In this document: positions 9,456 to 19,365 of the stretch, piece after piece | Position numbering within the stretch: the first letter of the stretch is position 1 | How the letters are laid out: each line of letters opens with the position of its first letter | Virus record (IMG/VR): IMGVR_UViG_3300042882_001508 | Strand: one strand, 5' to 3' | Origin: a virus | DNA length: 64,000 nucleotides | Notes under the pieces: model-generated | The model's database searches: none | Told to the model about the DNA's origin: nothing | What the model saw: only the letters and a program-made list of their open reading frames with translations | Position numbers and translations under genes: made by a program

Positions 9456-11654
9456 ATGTCTTGTAATTGTTACCATATCGAAATCCCACAATCCGTACAA
9501 ACCAACGGTGTTAATGAAATATATCTTTGGCAAAAACTTTGTAACTTATACTATATTGCTGGAGTTTGGAACGGCTCTCTTTTGACTTATATGGATGGAA
9601 CTACCGCGGTTTATGACCTGTGTTTGGACAACGAATATGGTATTGAATTTAGTTATGGGTTTAGTGGACCCAAATTCACAACATCTGAGGTTCCTGAAAT
9701 TACAGTAAATATTTTGGGTACTTGTACGGTAATTGGAGATTGTTATACACCACCAACACCCACTCAAACACAAACCCAAACTCAAACGCCATCGCCGACT
9801 CTTACATTAACAGCATCTCCAACCCAAACACCAAGCCAAACTCAGACACCATCACAAACCGGCACACCACCACCAACACCTACTCAAACACAAACCCAAA
9901 CTCAAACACCTTCACCCACAAAAGTTGTCTGTGGCATAGGAGTAACATCTCAAAGTTTTTATTATTATGATTGTTGTGGAAATCTGATATCATCTACTGG
10001 TGCAGGTCAAGAAGTGTCTTTTGATTACACTAAACCTTACCAAGGAGTTACAAAATTGAACCTCTCTACTTCCTCAGTTTGTCCAACTCCAACGCAGACT
10101 CAGACACCGAGCCAAACTCCAAGTCAAACCCAAACTCCAACACAAACACCATCTCAAACTCAAACGCAAACCCAAACGCCAACATCCACCCCTGTACCTA
10201 CGTGTTCTGCTCAACCAAATTTAGCCAACGAGTGTGAAGTTTTCACTCTATTCGATATGGGAGTTCAATGTAACTTGATTAAAGAGCCAACTGTCGGAAG
10301 ATTTGATGGTATATTATCAGTTAATGTGACAGGTGGAACAGCACCTTATACTTTCTATTGGAATACTGGTGAAAGGACTCAAACCATTTCTAACATACCT
10401 TATGGAAGGTACACAGTTCTTGTTGTGGATTATTATGGAGATTATTCCGCCACAACTGCGTGTAATATATTGGCTCCAACACCAACAGCTACTACCACAC
10501 CAACAATCACACCCACACCGTCAACAACACCACCTAACGCTCCACCGTTGTGTTTAAGATTTGTTTCACCTCCGAGTTTTGGAGGGTCTGGTGGCTCTGC
10601 TATGTATAAGGAATTACCTCTGACTTTCGTGACCTCTGGAAACCAAAACGGGAAACCAACGTGGTATAATTATTCAAAAAATCTTTCGATTATTTGGAAT
10701 GACTCAGTAACTCCTAACAGATGGGATATAACAAATTGGCCTTACGGAGGAACACCTATTTCAACAAACCAAGGAACAATACCAGATACAGGATGGCAGT
10801 TCTTGGGTACACCGGGTGTTTATTCCCAAATTGTTTCATCAAGGGGTCAATGTCCTTCGGTTTCTCCATTAGTTTTTGAATATCAAATAACACCAGCTTC
10901 TTGTCCAGGAGTTTGTAACGGAAGTTTGGTGGTTGTGCCAGGAGGAGGAATGACACCATTCAGCTACTCGGTTGATGGCGTTAATTTCCAAAGTTCAAAT
11001 ATTTTCAACAACTTGTGTCCTTCTACTTTCGGTCTTACAATAAAAGATGCTGTAAATCAAACTTATAGTCAATCCATAACAATTGGTTCAGGAACAGCAA
11101 CTACTTTGCAATTGAAACCTGAAATCATTACAAGTAATGGACCTGTCGCAAGTGGACCAAGTGTACAGACAGTAACATGGAAAATAACTTCTAATCCACC
11201 AATACCTGCTGGTGTTTCTTTAACAGGTCAAATCTTGTTCGAAATTTCACAAACAGAACAAGGTCCGACTAGCAGTTCAGGTCCAGCGACAACTTATTTA
11301 ATCAATGCATCTAACGTTGCAATTCAAAATAATTCTACATTAACTTTGTTGACATCTCCTATCATAACTCAAAGTGTCCCGAGTACTTGTAATTCAGCTC
11401 TTGTTTCAGCTTCGAATGAAAATTACTCACAATCAACTCTTGTTACTTTAGGAAATGGATTTATTTTGACAGGTACAACTGTTTCATCATTGAATATTAC
11501 GGGTGGAATTACTCAATTTAACTGTTCAACTACAGCTAAACAAACAATTTCGTTGACCCTTTCAAATTTCAAAGTTTTAGGAAATCCGTGTTACACGGTA
11601 CAAACACAGAATTTGGTATTGGTCAATAATCATACTTACACAATTTCGAGTTAG
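9456..11654 (+). CDS. Thr/Pro-linker protein carrying SprB-type repeats. Putative adhesin-like fibre or receptor-binding protein
   Basis: Two segments fit the SprB repeat pattern of Flavobacterium gliding adhesins: GRFDGILSVNVTGGTAPYTFYWNTGERTQTISNIPYGRYTVLVVDYYGDY and CNGSLVVVPGGGMTPFSYSVDGVNFQSSNIFNNLCPSTFGLTIKDAVNQ. TP/TQ linkers and an N-terminal Cys module (SCNCYHI...GDCYTPPTP) are also present. Confidence 0.7.
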   Translation: MSCNCYHIEIPQSVQTNGVNEIYLWQKLCNLYYIAGVWNGSLLTYMDGTTAVYDLCLDNEYGIEFSYGFSGPKFTTSEVPEITVNILGTCTVIGDCYTPPTPTQTQTQTQTPSPTLTLTASPTQTPSQTQTPSQTGTPPPTPTQTQTQTQTPSPTKVVCGIGVTSQSFYYYDCCGNLISSTGAGQEVSFDYTKPYQGVTKLNLSTSSVCPTPTQTQTPSQTPSQTQTPTQTPSQTQTQTQTPTSTPVPTCSAQPNLANECEVFTLFDMGVQCNLIKEPTVGRFDGILSVNVTGGTAPYTFYWNTGERTQTISNIPYGRYTVLVVDYYGDYSATTACNILAPTPTATTTPTITPTPSTTPPNAPPLCLRFVSPPSFGGSGGSAMYKELPLTFVTSGNQNGKPTWYNYSKNLSIIWNDSVTPNRWDITNWPYGGTPISTNQGTIPDTGWQFLGTPGVYSQIVSSRGQCPSVSPLVFEYQITPASCPGVCNGSLVVVPGGGMTPFSYSVDGVNFQSSNIFNNLCPSTFGLTIKDAVNQTYSQSITIGSGTATTLQLKPEIITSNGPVASGPSVQTVTWKITSNPPIPAGVSLTGQILFEISQTEQGPTSSSGPATTYLINASNVAIQNNSTLTLLTSPIITQSVPSTCNSALVSASNENYSQSTLVTLGNGFILTGTTVSSLNITGGITQFNCSTTAKQTISLTLSNFKVLGNPCYTVQTQNLVLVNNHTYTISS

Positions 11655-11692
11655 ACTATAAAATGAAATCTAAAAAACTATATTTATAAGGG

Positions 11693-13942
11693 ATGGGTTA
11701 CGTAATTAAAAATACATCTGGTTTAATTAACACAAGATTGACTGACGTTGGAAGAAGACAAATCTCCCAAGGAAGTTTCAATATTTCTTATTTTCAAATT
11801 GGAGATAGTGAAGTTTGTTACACCGCAGCTACGAATTACAATCAGGTTAACAACAACATCTTAATGCCTTCTTTTGATGCTCAAAATAACACAGGTTATC
11901 CAGAAGCAAACAAAGAGAATATCAAATACCCATATTATGTTTCAGGTGGACAGGGTGGTACATTTGGAATACCATTCATGGCTAGTGATTACCAATTGGT
12001 TTACAACAGTGCCGGTTTAAAAGGATTTTTCAACACGGGCTCAACCACACCTTGGGTTGCTCAGATAAGTACAGCTTACACAATAACCTCCAATTATGTT
12101 GTAGATATGTCTACATGTTCAGGTCAGACTTCAATTTCAATTGAACTTGACCCTACTATTTGTGCGACCACAACAGGAACACCTTCAATAGGTGATTTTA
12201 TAACAATTTTCTTTGACGGAGTGGGTAGTTGTCAAGATGTTAACAATGTGCCAATATTGACTTACAAGATTATCAATTTATCACCGTCAGTTGGAACTAC
12301 AAGTCAGAGCCCTTGGGTTGTTACATTAGATAGAGAGGTCCCTAATTATACTGCACTTACATCAGGAAGTTATGCGAGAACACTAATTTACCCTTCGGGT
12401 ATGACTGTTCTTTATGATTTTATTACACCAGCACCTTATTGGCAAACTGATACCTTGAATTTTGAATCTCCGTGTGATGTGACTAATAGAGAAAATACTT
12501 TGATTTGGAATATGAATATTCCTTGGTCAGAGAGTCCAGCGGGAGTGTTTTCAAACACGGTACAGGGGTATCAATATTACGATTCAATTTCTTATTTAGG
12601 TTCAAAAGAATATTTGGGATATTCAACACAATCAGGTCAAACATTTGAAATTTCCACCACAAGAGCAAACGAACTAACTGACACATATTATTATAATTCC
12701 TATGGTGAAGAGGTTAAAGTATACCCAAATCAACAGAAAGCCATTGCAATAATCCATTACACAAATCAAGATATTGATTTTGTCTATGGTGAAAAGTTTG
12801 CTACAGTTCCTTTTGACCCACAAAACCCAACAGACGATACAGGACTTGCTCGTCATTTCAAACTTTATATTCCAACATTGATGTGGCATAAATCGACAGG
12901 AGCTACAATCGGTCAGACTTTCATGATTGACCCACCGAATTATGATTTGTGTAAACCACATTATATGAAGTCTACCAAAAACCTGAGAATGAATGAACCA
13001 GGTATGAGGTATTTCCAACTTTGGGATTTAAATCCAGATGCTAATAATAATTTGAACAGGGTAGGTAAAGTTTTCCCTGACCAACAAATTATTGTAATCG
13101 ATGATGAAGAGATTGTTGCTGCGTTATCTAACAAGTCTAATAGAAATTGGACCCTTACAGCCCCAAAAGTAAGTGCAGTTGTTCCAAATGTTTGTAGTAC
13201 AAATAATAATCTTCCTTTGTTTACACAGGCCTCAGATACAATTTGGCTGTCATATAGATTAGACTCAAATTCAAGTGGTTTTACAAATTCATTACATTGT
13301 AACTACTACTCCAAGGTAAATGCGCCAAGTAACACTACGGCAACAAATTGTTATAATTTGGCTGTTCAATTTGGAAACGAATTTCCCTATTTGAACTCAA
13401 ATTGGAGTTCTACTAACGTCACAGGTTTTAGTGCAAACTCAATCAAATTATTGGTTCAGAAAGTAAGTGGAGATACAAAACCTTCACAAACTGAATGGAG
13501 AGAAATCGACGTTACTTCAGATATTTCAAGTACGTTGTTGAACGGATACTTAACCGTAAGTGGAATAACAGGAAACACTTTCCAAATAGACGGTACAACT
13601 TTTGACAATGCGGCTCCTAACACCTACAACCTTTCCAATTATATCGATATTCCCTTACTTGGTGCAACAGGACCAACTTTAAACTTTGGTGGTGAGTATT
13701 ATTTTTACGGGAGTTTGGAAACTGATATTGCGGCAACTATCTACGAAATGAAATATCTTGTGAATTTGGGTAGAAACCAATTTACAAATACTTCGAACCC
13801 TACATGGATGTCAGGGACAACATCTTATGTCACCGAAATTGGTCTTTACGATTCAAATTATAATCTTATAGTTATATCTAAACTACAATCTCCTGAGAAA
13901 AGACAAGGTGTTCAGCAGTATGTAGTTAAATTAGATTTCTAA
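11693..13942 (+). CDS. Large virion-associated protein (749 aa), function unknown. Possibly fibre or baseplate associated
   Basis: A long ORF with uniform codon usage that follows the fibre-like genes. No motif was recognised. Confidence 0.5.
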   Translation: MGYVIKNTSGLINTRLTDVGRRQISQGSFNISYFQIGDSEVCYTAATNYNQVNNNILMPSFDAQNNTGYPEANKENIKYPYYVSGGQGGTFGIPFMASDYQLVYNSAGLKGFFNTGSTTPWVAQISTAYTITSNYVVDMSTCSGQTSISIELDPTICATTTGTPSIGDFITIFFDGVGSCQDVNNVPILTYKIINLSPSVGTTSQSPWVVTLDREVPNYTALTSGSYARTLIYPSGMTVLYDFITPAPYWQTDTLNFESPCDVTNRENTLIWNMNIPWSESPAGVFSNTVQGYQYYDSISYLGSKEYLGYSTQSGQTFEISTTRANELTDTYYYNSYGEEVKVYPNQQKAIAIIHYTNQDIDFVYGEKFATVPFDPQNPTDDTGLARHFKLYIPTLMWHKSTGATIGQTFMIDPPNYDLCKPHYMKSTKNLRMNEPGMRYFQLWDLNPDANNNLNRVGKVFPDQQIIVIDDEEIVAALSNKSNRNWTLTAPKVSAVVPNVCSTNNNLPLFTQASDTIWLSYRLDSNSSGFTNSLHCNYYSKVNAPSNTTATNCYNLAVQFGNEFPYLNSNWSSTNVTGFSANSIKLLVQKVSGDTKPSQTEWREIDVTSDISSTLLNGYLTVSGITGNTFQIDGTTFDNAAPNTYNLSNYIDIPLLGATGPTLNFGGEYYFYGSLETDIAATIYEMKYLVNLGRNQFTNTSNPTWMSGTTSYVTEIGLYDSNYNLIVISKLQSPEKRQGVQQYVVKLDF

Positions 13943-13944
13943 TT

Positions 13945-14547
13945 ATGGGACGTAAACAAATCAAAGAGGATTCACCGAAGGTCCTCGGTCTAGATATTTC
14001 CACAAAAACAATCGGATGGGCACTTTTCGATATCGGGACAAAAAATTTATTGGAACTCACCCATGTTTCTCCAAGACCGAAAGATGTTGAAAATAAAATT
14101 GAGGAATTAATTCTCAAAGCAATTATTTTTAGAAACAAGTTGGAACAATACGTTGGACTTGGAATACAAAAGGTTGTAATCGAAGAACCGTTACTTAACT
14201 CAAATAACATTTGGACCGTAAGCACACTTATGAGATATAATACTCTGATTTGCAAAGAAGTGTATGATGTTTTGGGTATAGTTCCTGAATTTATTTCAAC
14301 TTATAACTCAAGAAAATTTGCATTCCCGCACTTGGTTCAAAAAAATGAAAAAGGAAAGTTTGTATTATTTGGCGGTTTTTCAAAAGACATAGACAAAAAA
14401 GTTGTAATTTGGGAACTTGTTGCAAAAAGGGAACCACAAATAACTTGGCAATACACCAAAAATAATACCCTGAAAAAAGAAAATTACGACCAAACAGATG
14501 CCTATTGTGCAGTCTTAGGATACATGAAATCACAAGACCTTTGGTAA
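13945..14547 (+). CDS. RuvC-like Holliday-junction resolvase
   Basis: N-terminal VLGLDISTKTIGWALFD resembles the RuvC/A22 GxDxGxxxxGxA motif. C-terminal DQTDAYCAVLGY resembles the RuvC terminal acidic motif. Confidence 0.55.
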   Translation: MGRKQIKEDSPKVLGLDISTKTIGWALFDIGTKNLLELTHVSPRPKDVENKIEELILKAIIFRNKLEQYVGLGIQKVVIEEPLLNSNNIWTVSTLMRYNTLICKEVYDVLGIVPEFISTYNSRKFAFPHLVQKNEKGKFVLFGGFSKDIDKKVVIWELVAKREPQITWQYTKNNTLKKENYDQTDAYCAVLGYMKSQDLW

Positions 14548-14554
14548 AATTTTT

Positions 14555-14585
14555 TTTGTGAATTACAAAACATATCTTATCTTTG
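14555..14585 (+). promoter_or_regulatory. Bacteroidetes sigma-A-type promoter (-33 TTTG, 19 nt spacer, -7 TATCTTTG)
   Basis: TTTG at 14555..14558, a 19 nt spacer, TATCTTTG at 14578..14585. The ATG at 14590 implies a near-leaderless transcript. Confidence 0.5.
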
Positions 14586-14589
14586 TAAT

Positions 14590-14979
14590 ATGTTAAGATG
14601 TGAAAAATCAAACGAAACTCAATTTCTCAAGTCAAAAATTCTGAAGTTTTCTCAAGAATTGAAAATCAAGGAACAAAACATTGAAGGAAAAATTTTTATT
14701 GAAAACCTCAGATTTTACAAGACCTCTTTTTCTTACAACTCAAAATTTCCTTACACTTTAGAGGTAGACGTTTCTTTCCAAGGAAAAATCAGAGCAAGAG
14801 GAACTTCAAAAGGTTTGGAGTGGTTTTCTTCCAAAATTTTAACCCAAAATGGATTTTCTAAAATCAAAATCAATAGATTTATAAGAAAATCTATTGTAGA
14901 CAAAATACAAAACCGCCTATCATATTTTGGTTTAGGATTGAATGGTTACTATGAAATAAAAAGAATAAATTGGAAATAA
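14590..14979 (+). CDS. Hypothetical protein
   Basis: This ORF sits 4 nt downstream of a perfect Bacteroidetes -7 box, so it would be near-leaderless. Confidence 0.45.
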   Translation: MLRCEKSNETQFLKSKILKFSQELKIKEQNIEGKIFIENLRFYKTSFSYNSKFPYTLEVDVSFQGKIRARGTSKGLEWFSSKILTQNGFSKIKINRFIRKSIVDKIQNRLSYFGLGLNGYYEIKRINWK

Positions 14980-14980
14980 T

Positions 14981-15166
14981 ATGGAAATTTTGAAACTTGT
15001 TGGAATTGTTTGGCTATGTTTACTATTCTTGACCTGTTTAGGAATGGTCGTTGGTGTAATAATTGAGAGAAAGGTCGATGAGTCCCACCCAATAAAAAAA
15101 TGGTGGAGGAAACATATTTTGGCTCCTGACCCTGACGATAATAATTGGAAAAACTTTGCGGGTTAA
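14981..15166 (+). CDS. Small membrane protein
   Basis: A hydrophobic N-terminal helix (VGIVWLCLLFLTCLGMVVGVII). Confidence 0.3.
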   Translation: MEILKLVGIVWLCLLFLTCLGMVVGVIIERKVDESHPIKKWWRKHILAPDPDDNNWKNFAG

Positions 15167-16080
15167 TGCAAGACGAAGTAGAAGTACTTATTGAACTTTT
15201 GAGTGATGTTTTAGGAGACCCCAAAAATCACTATGAATCGAAAGCACAAATCTCATTCGATTGTCCTGTCTGTGCGGCAGAAAAAGGATTGGAAAACGGT
15301 GATGGTAAAGGGAACTTCGAAGTCAATTATTCAAGGCACGTTTACAAGTGTTGGGCTTGTGGAGATACATTAGGAACACACGGACCACTAGGTAAATTGT
15401 TTGACAAGTGGGGAACCAAGAAACAGAAAAAACTTTACGATTTAGTTAAACCCGAAGAACTCAAAATCGAAGACAAAAAGAAAGTTTATCTAAGACTTCC
15501 CGAAGGTTACACCCAATTCAAAGATTCAAATTCAAGATTTATTCCTCACAGAGAGGCTCACAGTTATTTAAAGGACAGAGGAATTACCGATGAGATGATT
15601 GAGAAATATAAAATTGGATATACTGTCAAAGGGGATTTTGCATACAGAGTTATTGTTCCTTCCTATAACTCCCAAGGTAATTTGAATTATTTTGTTGCGA
15701 GGGCTTGGGTTCCCAAAAAAATGAAATACAAAAACCCAACCGCTCAAAAAGACGAGATTATTTTCAATGAAGGTTTAATTGATTGGAGTAAAGATATCTT
15801 TCTTTGTGAAGGTGTCTTTGATAGTTTTTTCTTAGACAATCCTTTGGTCATGCTCGGTAAGAAGTTATCAAAACTAGCATTTACTACAATTTACGAGAAG
15901 GCTCAGGGAAATATAATTGTCTGCACGGATGGGGATGCTTGGGAAGATGGTTTGAAGATTTATCACGAACTGAACGGTGGAAGGCTCTATAACAAAATTA
16001 AAATTGTTAAATTGCCAAAAGATAAGGATATTTGTGACTTGAAAGGAAACATTTCCGAATTTTATCACGAAATAAAATAA
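15166..16080 (+). CDS. DNA primase with a Cys4 zinc ribbon and a Toprim domain
   Basis: CPVC...CWAC zinc ribbon; RGITDEMIEKYKIGY resembles the DnaG/T7 primase motif; Toprim-like IFLCEGVFD and IVCTDGDAWEDG. Start revised to the TAATG overlap at 15166. Confidence 0.6.
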   Translation: MQDEVEVLIELLSDVLGDPKNHYESKAQISFDCPVCAAEKGLENGDGKGNFEVNYSRHVYKCWACGDTLGTHGPLGKLFDKWGTKKQKKLYDLVKPEELKIEDKKKVYLRLPEGYTQFKDSNSRFIPHREAHSYLKDRGITDEMIEKYKIGYTVKGDFAYRVIVPSYNSQGNLNYFVARAWVPKKMKYKNPTAQKDEIIFNEGLIDWSKDIFLCEGVFDSFFLDNPLVMLGKKLSKLAFTTIYEKAQGNIIVCTDGDAWEDGLKIYHELNGGRLYNKIKIVKLPKDKDICDLKGNISEFYHEIK

Positions 16081-16083
16081 TAC

Positions 16084-16926
16084 ATGGACTTAAAACTTGT
16101 TGCTTCTGAGATTAGAGAATTAATCAAAAAACGTCAAGACGAATTAGGATTAGTTTTCGAAGAGGAAAAACACATCTATACTATGAATGGTCGTAGGGAC
16201 TATCCATCAGTTTCCAAAGTTTTGAAAAAATTCTATAAGGCATTTCCCACTGAAGAAGCCGCTTATAACAAAGCAGGTGGTGACCCTGAAAGACAAAAAC
16301 AATTGATGGAAGAATGGGCGGCTGCGGGTAGTTATTCAACTAACCTTGGAAGTAGAGTTCACTTTGTTTTAGAAGATGAGGTTGTCAAAAAAAATGGTTC
16401 CTACAAAGATTTAAGAAAACCAATTTTTGATTGTGACTTAACCCAATTAATGACAAGCGATAAAATGATTGTTGCCGGTAAAAGATATTTGGAGTTACTT
16501 GAGCAGAGAAAGGTTGTTTTATTAGATACTGAAATGGTTTTAGGTGACCCTGACCTTGGATATACAGGTCAACCCGATAAGGTATGGTTGACGATGAATA
16601 AGGCGGGAACTGAATTCGGGTTTTTAATTACTGATTGGAAAACAAACAAACCCAAAAACTTCCAAGAGACCTCTTATACTGAAAGAATGTATAAACCTTT
16701 TGATAGTTTACCGAACACAGCTTTAGGACACTATTACGTCCAATTACCTCTATATGGTAAACTATTGGTAAAGATGCTTCAAGGTACAAAGTATGAGAAT
16801 TTAAAACTCTATGGATGTATTATTGCACATTTGAGAGAAGATACACAGTTCGAAGAATTCAGAGTTCCAAAAAATGTTATTGATACTGTAATGAATATGG
16901 ACGTAAGTAAGTACATTAAGAAGTAA
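16084..16926 (+). CDS. PD-(D/E)xK-type nuclease-like protein, lambda-exonuclease/YqaJ-like
   Basis: GQPDKVWL ... FLITDWKTNK gives the PD ... DxK pattern at appropriate spacing. Confidence 0.35.
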   Translation: MDLKLVASEIRELIKKRQDELGLVFEEEKHIYTMNGRRDYPSVSKVLKKFYKAFPTEEAAYNKAGGDPERQKQLMEEWAAAGSYSTNLGSRVHFVLEDEVVKKNGSYKDLRKPIFDCDLTQLMTSDKMIVAGKRYLELLEQRKVVLLDTEMVLGDPDLGYTGQPDKVWLTMNKAGTEFGFLITDWKTNKPKNFQETSYTERMYKPFDSLPNTALGHYYVQLPLYGKLLVKMLQGTKYENLKLYGCIIAHLREDTQFEEFRVPKNVIDTVMNMDVSKYIKK

Positions 16927-16976
16927 CTCAGTTGAATTTGGTGTAAATTTTTACTATATTTAAACAAACTATTTTT

Positions 16977-17219
16977 ATGGACCAACAAGACTTATTGGCA
17001 CCAAGGATTAACATCCGAGAGTGTCCCACAATTAAATGTGAGAAATGCGGAAGTGTATATTTCAAAGAAGCCCTTTACCTCAAATGGGTTTCAAAACTTC
17101 AAGGAGCGTCTCATGACCAGCCAGTTCCCTTTCCCGTTTATATGTGTATTGAGTGTAATCATGTAAACAAAGGGTTCAACCCATTAGAAGAAGAAAAAAT
17201 TGTAGAAAGTGATAAATAA
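16977..17219 (+). CDS. Small zinc-ribbon protein
   Basis: CPTIKCEKCGS ... CIECNH supplies four Cys ligands. Confidence 0.4.
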   Translation: MDQQDLLAPRINIRECPTIKCEKCGSVYFKEALYLKWVSKLQGASHDQPVPFPVYMCIECNHVNKGFNPLEEEKIVESDK

Positions 17220-17988
17220 ATTAGTCCACTTTTCTGACTTACATATAAGGCTCTTCAAGGACCATGATTTGTATAAAAAAGTCCTCGAACAGGCACTACA
17301 TGAGTGGAAGTCTATCAAACCAGATAGGATTGTCTTCACAGGTGATTTGGTTCATTCGAAAAATCAAATGACACCTGAACTCATTGAGTTTGTTGCATGG
17401 ATTTTGACCGAGTGTTCCAAAATAACAAAAACGATAGTTATCATAGGAAACCACGATTTTTTGGAAAATAACACATCGAGGTTGGATGCTTTAACACCAA
17501 TTATAGAATCCCTAAAAAATGAAAATATAGTTTACTACAAAGAAAGAGGTGTATATGAAGATGACAACATCAACTGGTGTGTTTTTTCCTTGATGGACCA
17601 TAATGTTCCCCCACAAATTATTAAGTCTGATAAGTTAAACATAGGTCTTTTTCATGGACCAGTACAAGGACTTTATACAGATATCGGATACAAATTTGAA
17701 GAAGGATTTGATGTTAATAAATTCAAGGGGTGCGATTTAGTCCTGTGTGGTGATATTCACAAAAGACAAATTTTTGATATACCTAGTGGTAAGAAGGCTT
17801 ATATGGTCGGTTCTACTATTCAACAGAATTTTGGTGAGACCGTTAGAAAACACGGATATGGAGTTTATCAGATTGATAAGGACCAATATGACTTTGTAGA
17901 TTTACCAAACCCCAAACCATTCCTTTCATTTTATATAAACTCAATAGATTGTCTTGTTGAAGGAACTGAAAAGTTAATCAACTTCTAA
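17209..17988 (+). CDS. SbcD/Mre11-like metallophosphoesterase nuclease
   Basis: Calcineurin-like motifs in order: FSDLH, FTGDLVH, IIGNHD, GDIH. Confidence 0.65.
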   Translation: MINKLVHFSDLHIRLFKDHDLYKKVLEQALHEWKSIKPDRIVFTGDLVHSKNQMTPELIEFVAWILTECSKITKTIVIIGNHDFLENNTSRLDALTPIIESLKNENIVYYKERGVYEDDNINWCVFSLMDHNVPPQIIKSDKLNIGLFHGPVQGLYTDIGYKFEEGFDVNKFKGCDLVLCGDIHKRQIFDIPSGKKAYMVGSTIQQNFGETVRKHGYGVYQIDKDQYDFVDLPNPKPFLSFYINSIDCLVEGTEKLINF

Positions 17989-17989
17989 A

Positions 17990-18805
17990 ATGGAAGTAAA
18001 ACTCAAACTTACGACTGAAGAACACAAGGATTTAGTTGCATATTGTAATCTAAATGACCTTCTTATAAGTTCAGTTGTCAAGGATTCCTTTACAACTGGA
18101 TTTAACATAGAAAGGTATGGTCTTTTGAATGCTAGTCCTCAAGTCAAAGAGAAGATTGTTGAGAAGGAAGTGGTGAAATATGTCGAGGTACCGAAAATAG
18201 AGGAAAGAGAGATTGTAAAAATCGAGTATGTTGAGGTTGAAAAACCTGTAGAAGTTGTTAAGGAAGTCTCAGTCGAAAAAGTTGTAGAGGTGATAAAAGA
18301 GGTTCCCGTAGACAGAGTGGTAGAGAAAGTTGTAGAAATCATAAAAGAAGTACCCGTTGAAAAAGTTGTGGTTCAAGAGGTTGTGAAAGAAGTACCGGTT
18401 GAAAAAGTTGTAGAAAAAATAGTTAAAGTTTCCGATGACACACAAATTAACGAGTTGTTATCAAAAATACAACAGCTTGAAAACCAACCTCCGAAGGTGG
18501 TGGAGGTTATTAAAGAAATACCCGTGGAGAAAGTTGTGGTACACGAAAAAAGGGTGGAAGTACCAGTTGAAAAAATCGTCGAAGTCGTAAAAGAAGTGAT
18601 TGTTGAAAAGGAGACTGTGGGTGTAGACAAAAATAAATTCGATGCACTTCAACAAACGGTTATGAAACTCAGACAGGAAACTTTGGAGAAAGACCGTCTG
18701 ATTAAAGAATATCAAAAAACAATTGAAGATATTCAAAAGTTTCAAGATAACAAACAAGCCGCCTTTATGAAAGGTTCCAATTTGGATGATAAACTTTATA
18801 AATAA
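17990..18805 (+). CDS. Repeat protein with about ten VEKVVEVIKEVPV-type units
   Basis: EVVKEVSVEKVVEVIKEVPVDRVVEKVVEIIKEVPVEKVV... continues for about 150 aa, then a coiled-coil C-terminus. Confidence 0.5.
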   Translation: MEVKLKLTTEEHKDLVAYCNLNDLLISSVVKDSFTTGFNIERYGLLNASPQVKEKIVEKEVVKYVEVPKIEEREIVKIEYVEVEKPVEVVKEVSVEKVVEVIKEVPVDRVVEKVVEIIKEVPVEKVVVQEVVKEVPVEKVVEKIVKVSDDTQINELLSKIQQLENQPPKVVEVIKEIPVEKVVVHEKRVEVPVEKIVEVVKEVIVEKETVGVDKNKFDALQQTVMKLRQETLEKDRLIKEYQKTIEDIQKFQDNKQAAFMKGSNLDDKLYK

Positions 18806-18810
18806 AACAA

Positions 18811-19158
18811 ATGACACAATTATTTTTATGGATGGTAATGGCTTATGGATTGAGCAACATCCTCGTTTACGGAAGTATTTTTAACAGACCAAGAACTTAC
18901 ATCTTTAATGAAGCCGAACACGGCAAAGGTCTATTTAATGGATTATACGTATTTTTAGCGGACATGCTAAAATGTATGATGTGCACACCAACTTGGGTTG
19001 GATTTTTCTTCGGAATTTTCTTATATTCTCCTACGAGTGAGATTCTTTTGGTTACACCTTGGGTTTCTTGGTTTTTCGACGGAATGCTTGCTTCAGGCTC
19101 AACATGGGCAATAAACTCAATTATAGAATGGTTTGAAACAAACAGACCAAAAAATTAA
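18811..19158 (+). CDS. Membrane protein
   Basis: Two to three predicted transmembrane helices. Confidence 0.4.
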   Translation: MTQLFLWMVMAYGLSNILVYGSIFNRPRTYIFNEAEHGKGLFNGLYVFLADMLKCMMCTPTWVGFFFGIFLYSPTSEILLVTPWVSWFFDGMLASGSTWAINSIIEWFETNRPKN

Positions 19159-19163
19159 AAATT

Positions 19164-19364
19164 ATGATAGTAGACGCAGAATTCAAATTGACCATTAAAA
19201 TTAATGATATGGTCGTATCAAACAACATTTCAGGTTTTGAACTCAAAAGCAAAATCATGGAAGAAGGCGAAAAGAGGGTAAGACTTCTCTGTTCAGGTTT
19301 CCTTCAGGACCCTCAAGGGAAAGTAATCCATAAAGACGTGACTTATGTAATTAAAGAAGATTAA
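19164..19364 (+). CDS. Hypothetical protein
   Basis: ORF tightly packed between neighbouring genes. Confidence 0.3.
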   Translation: MIVDAEFKLTIKINDMVVSNNISGFELKSKIMEEGEKRVRLLCSGFLQDPQGKVIHKDVTYVIKED

Positions 19365-19365
19365 A

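Noticed and set aside
12483-15224. Minus-strand ORFs inside plus-strand genes (12483..12686, 12674..13018, 13926..14255, 14291..14611, 14949..15224).
   Set aside because: They are antisense to long, well-supported coding regions and have hydrophobic or low-complexity translations.
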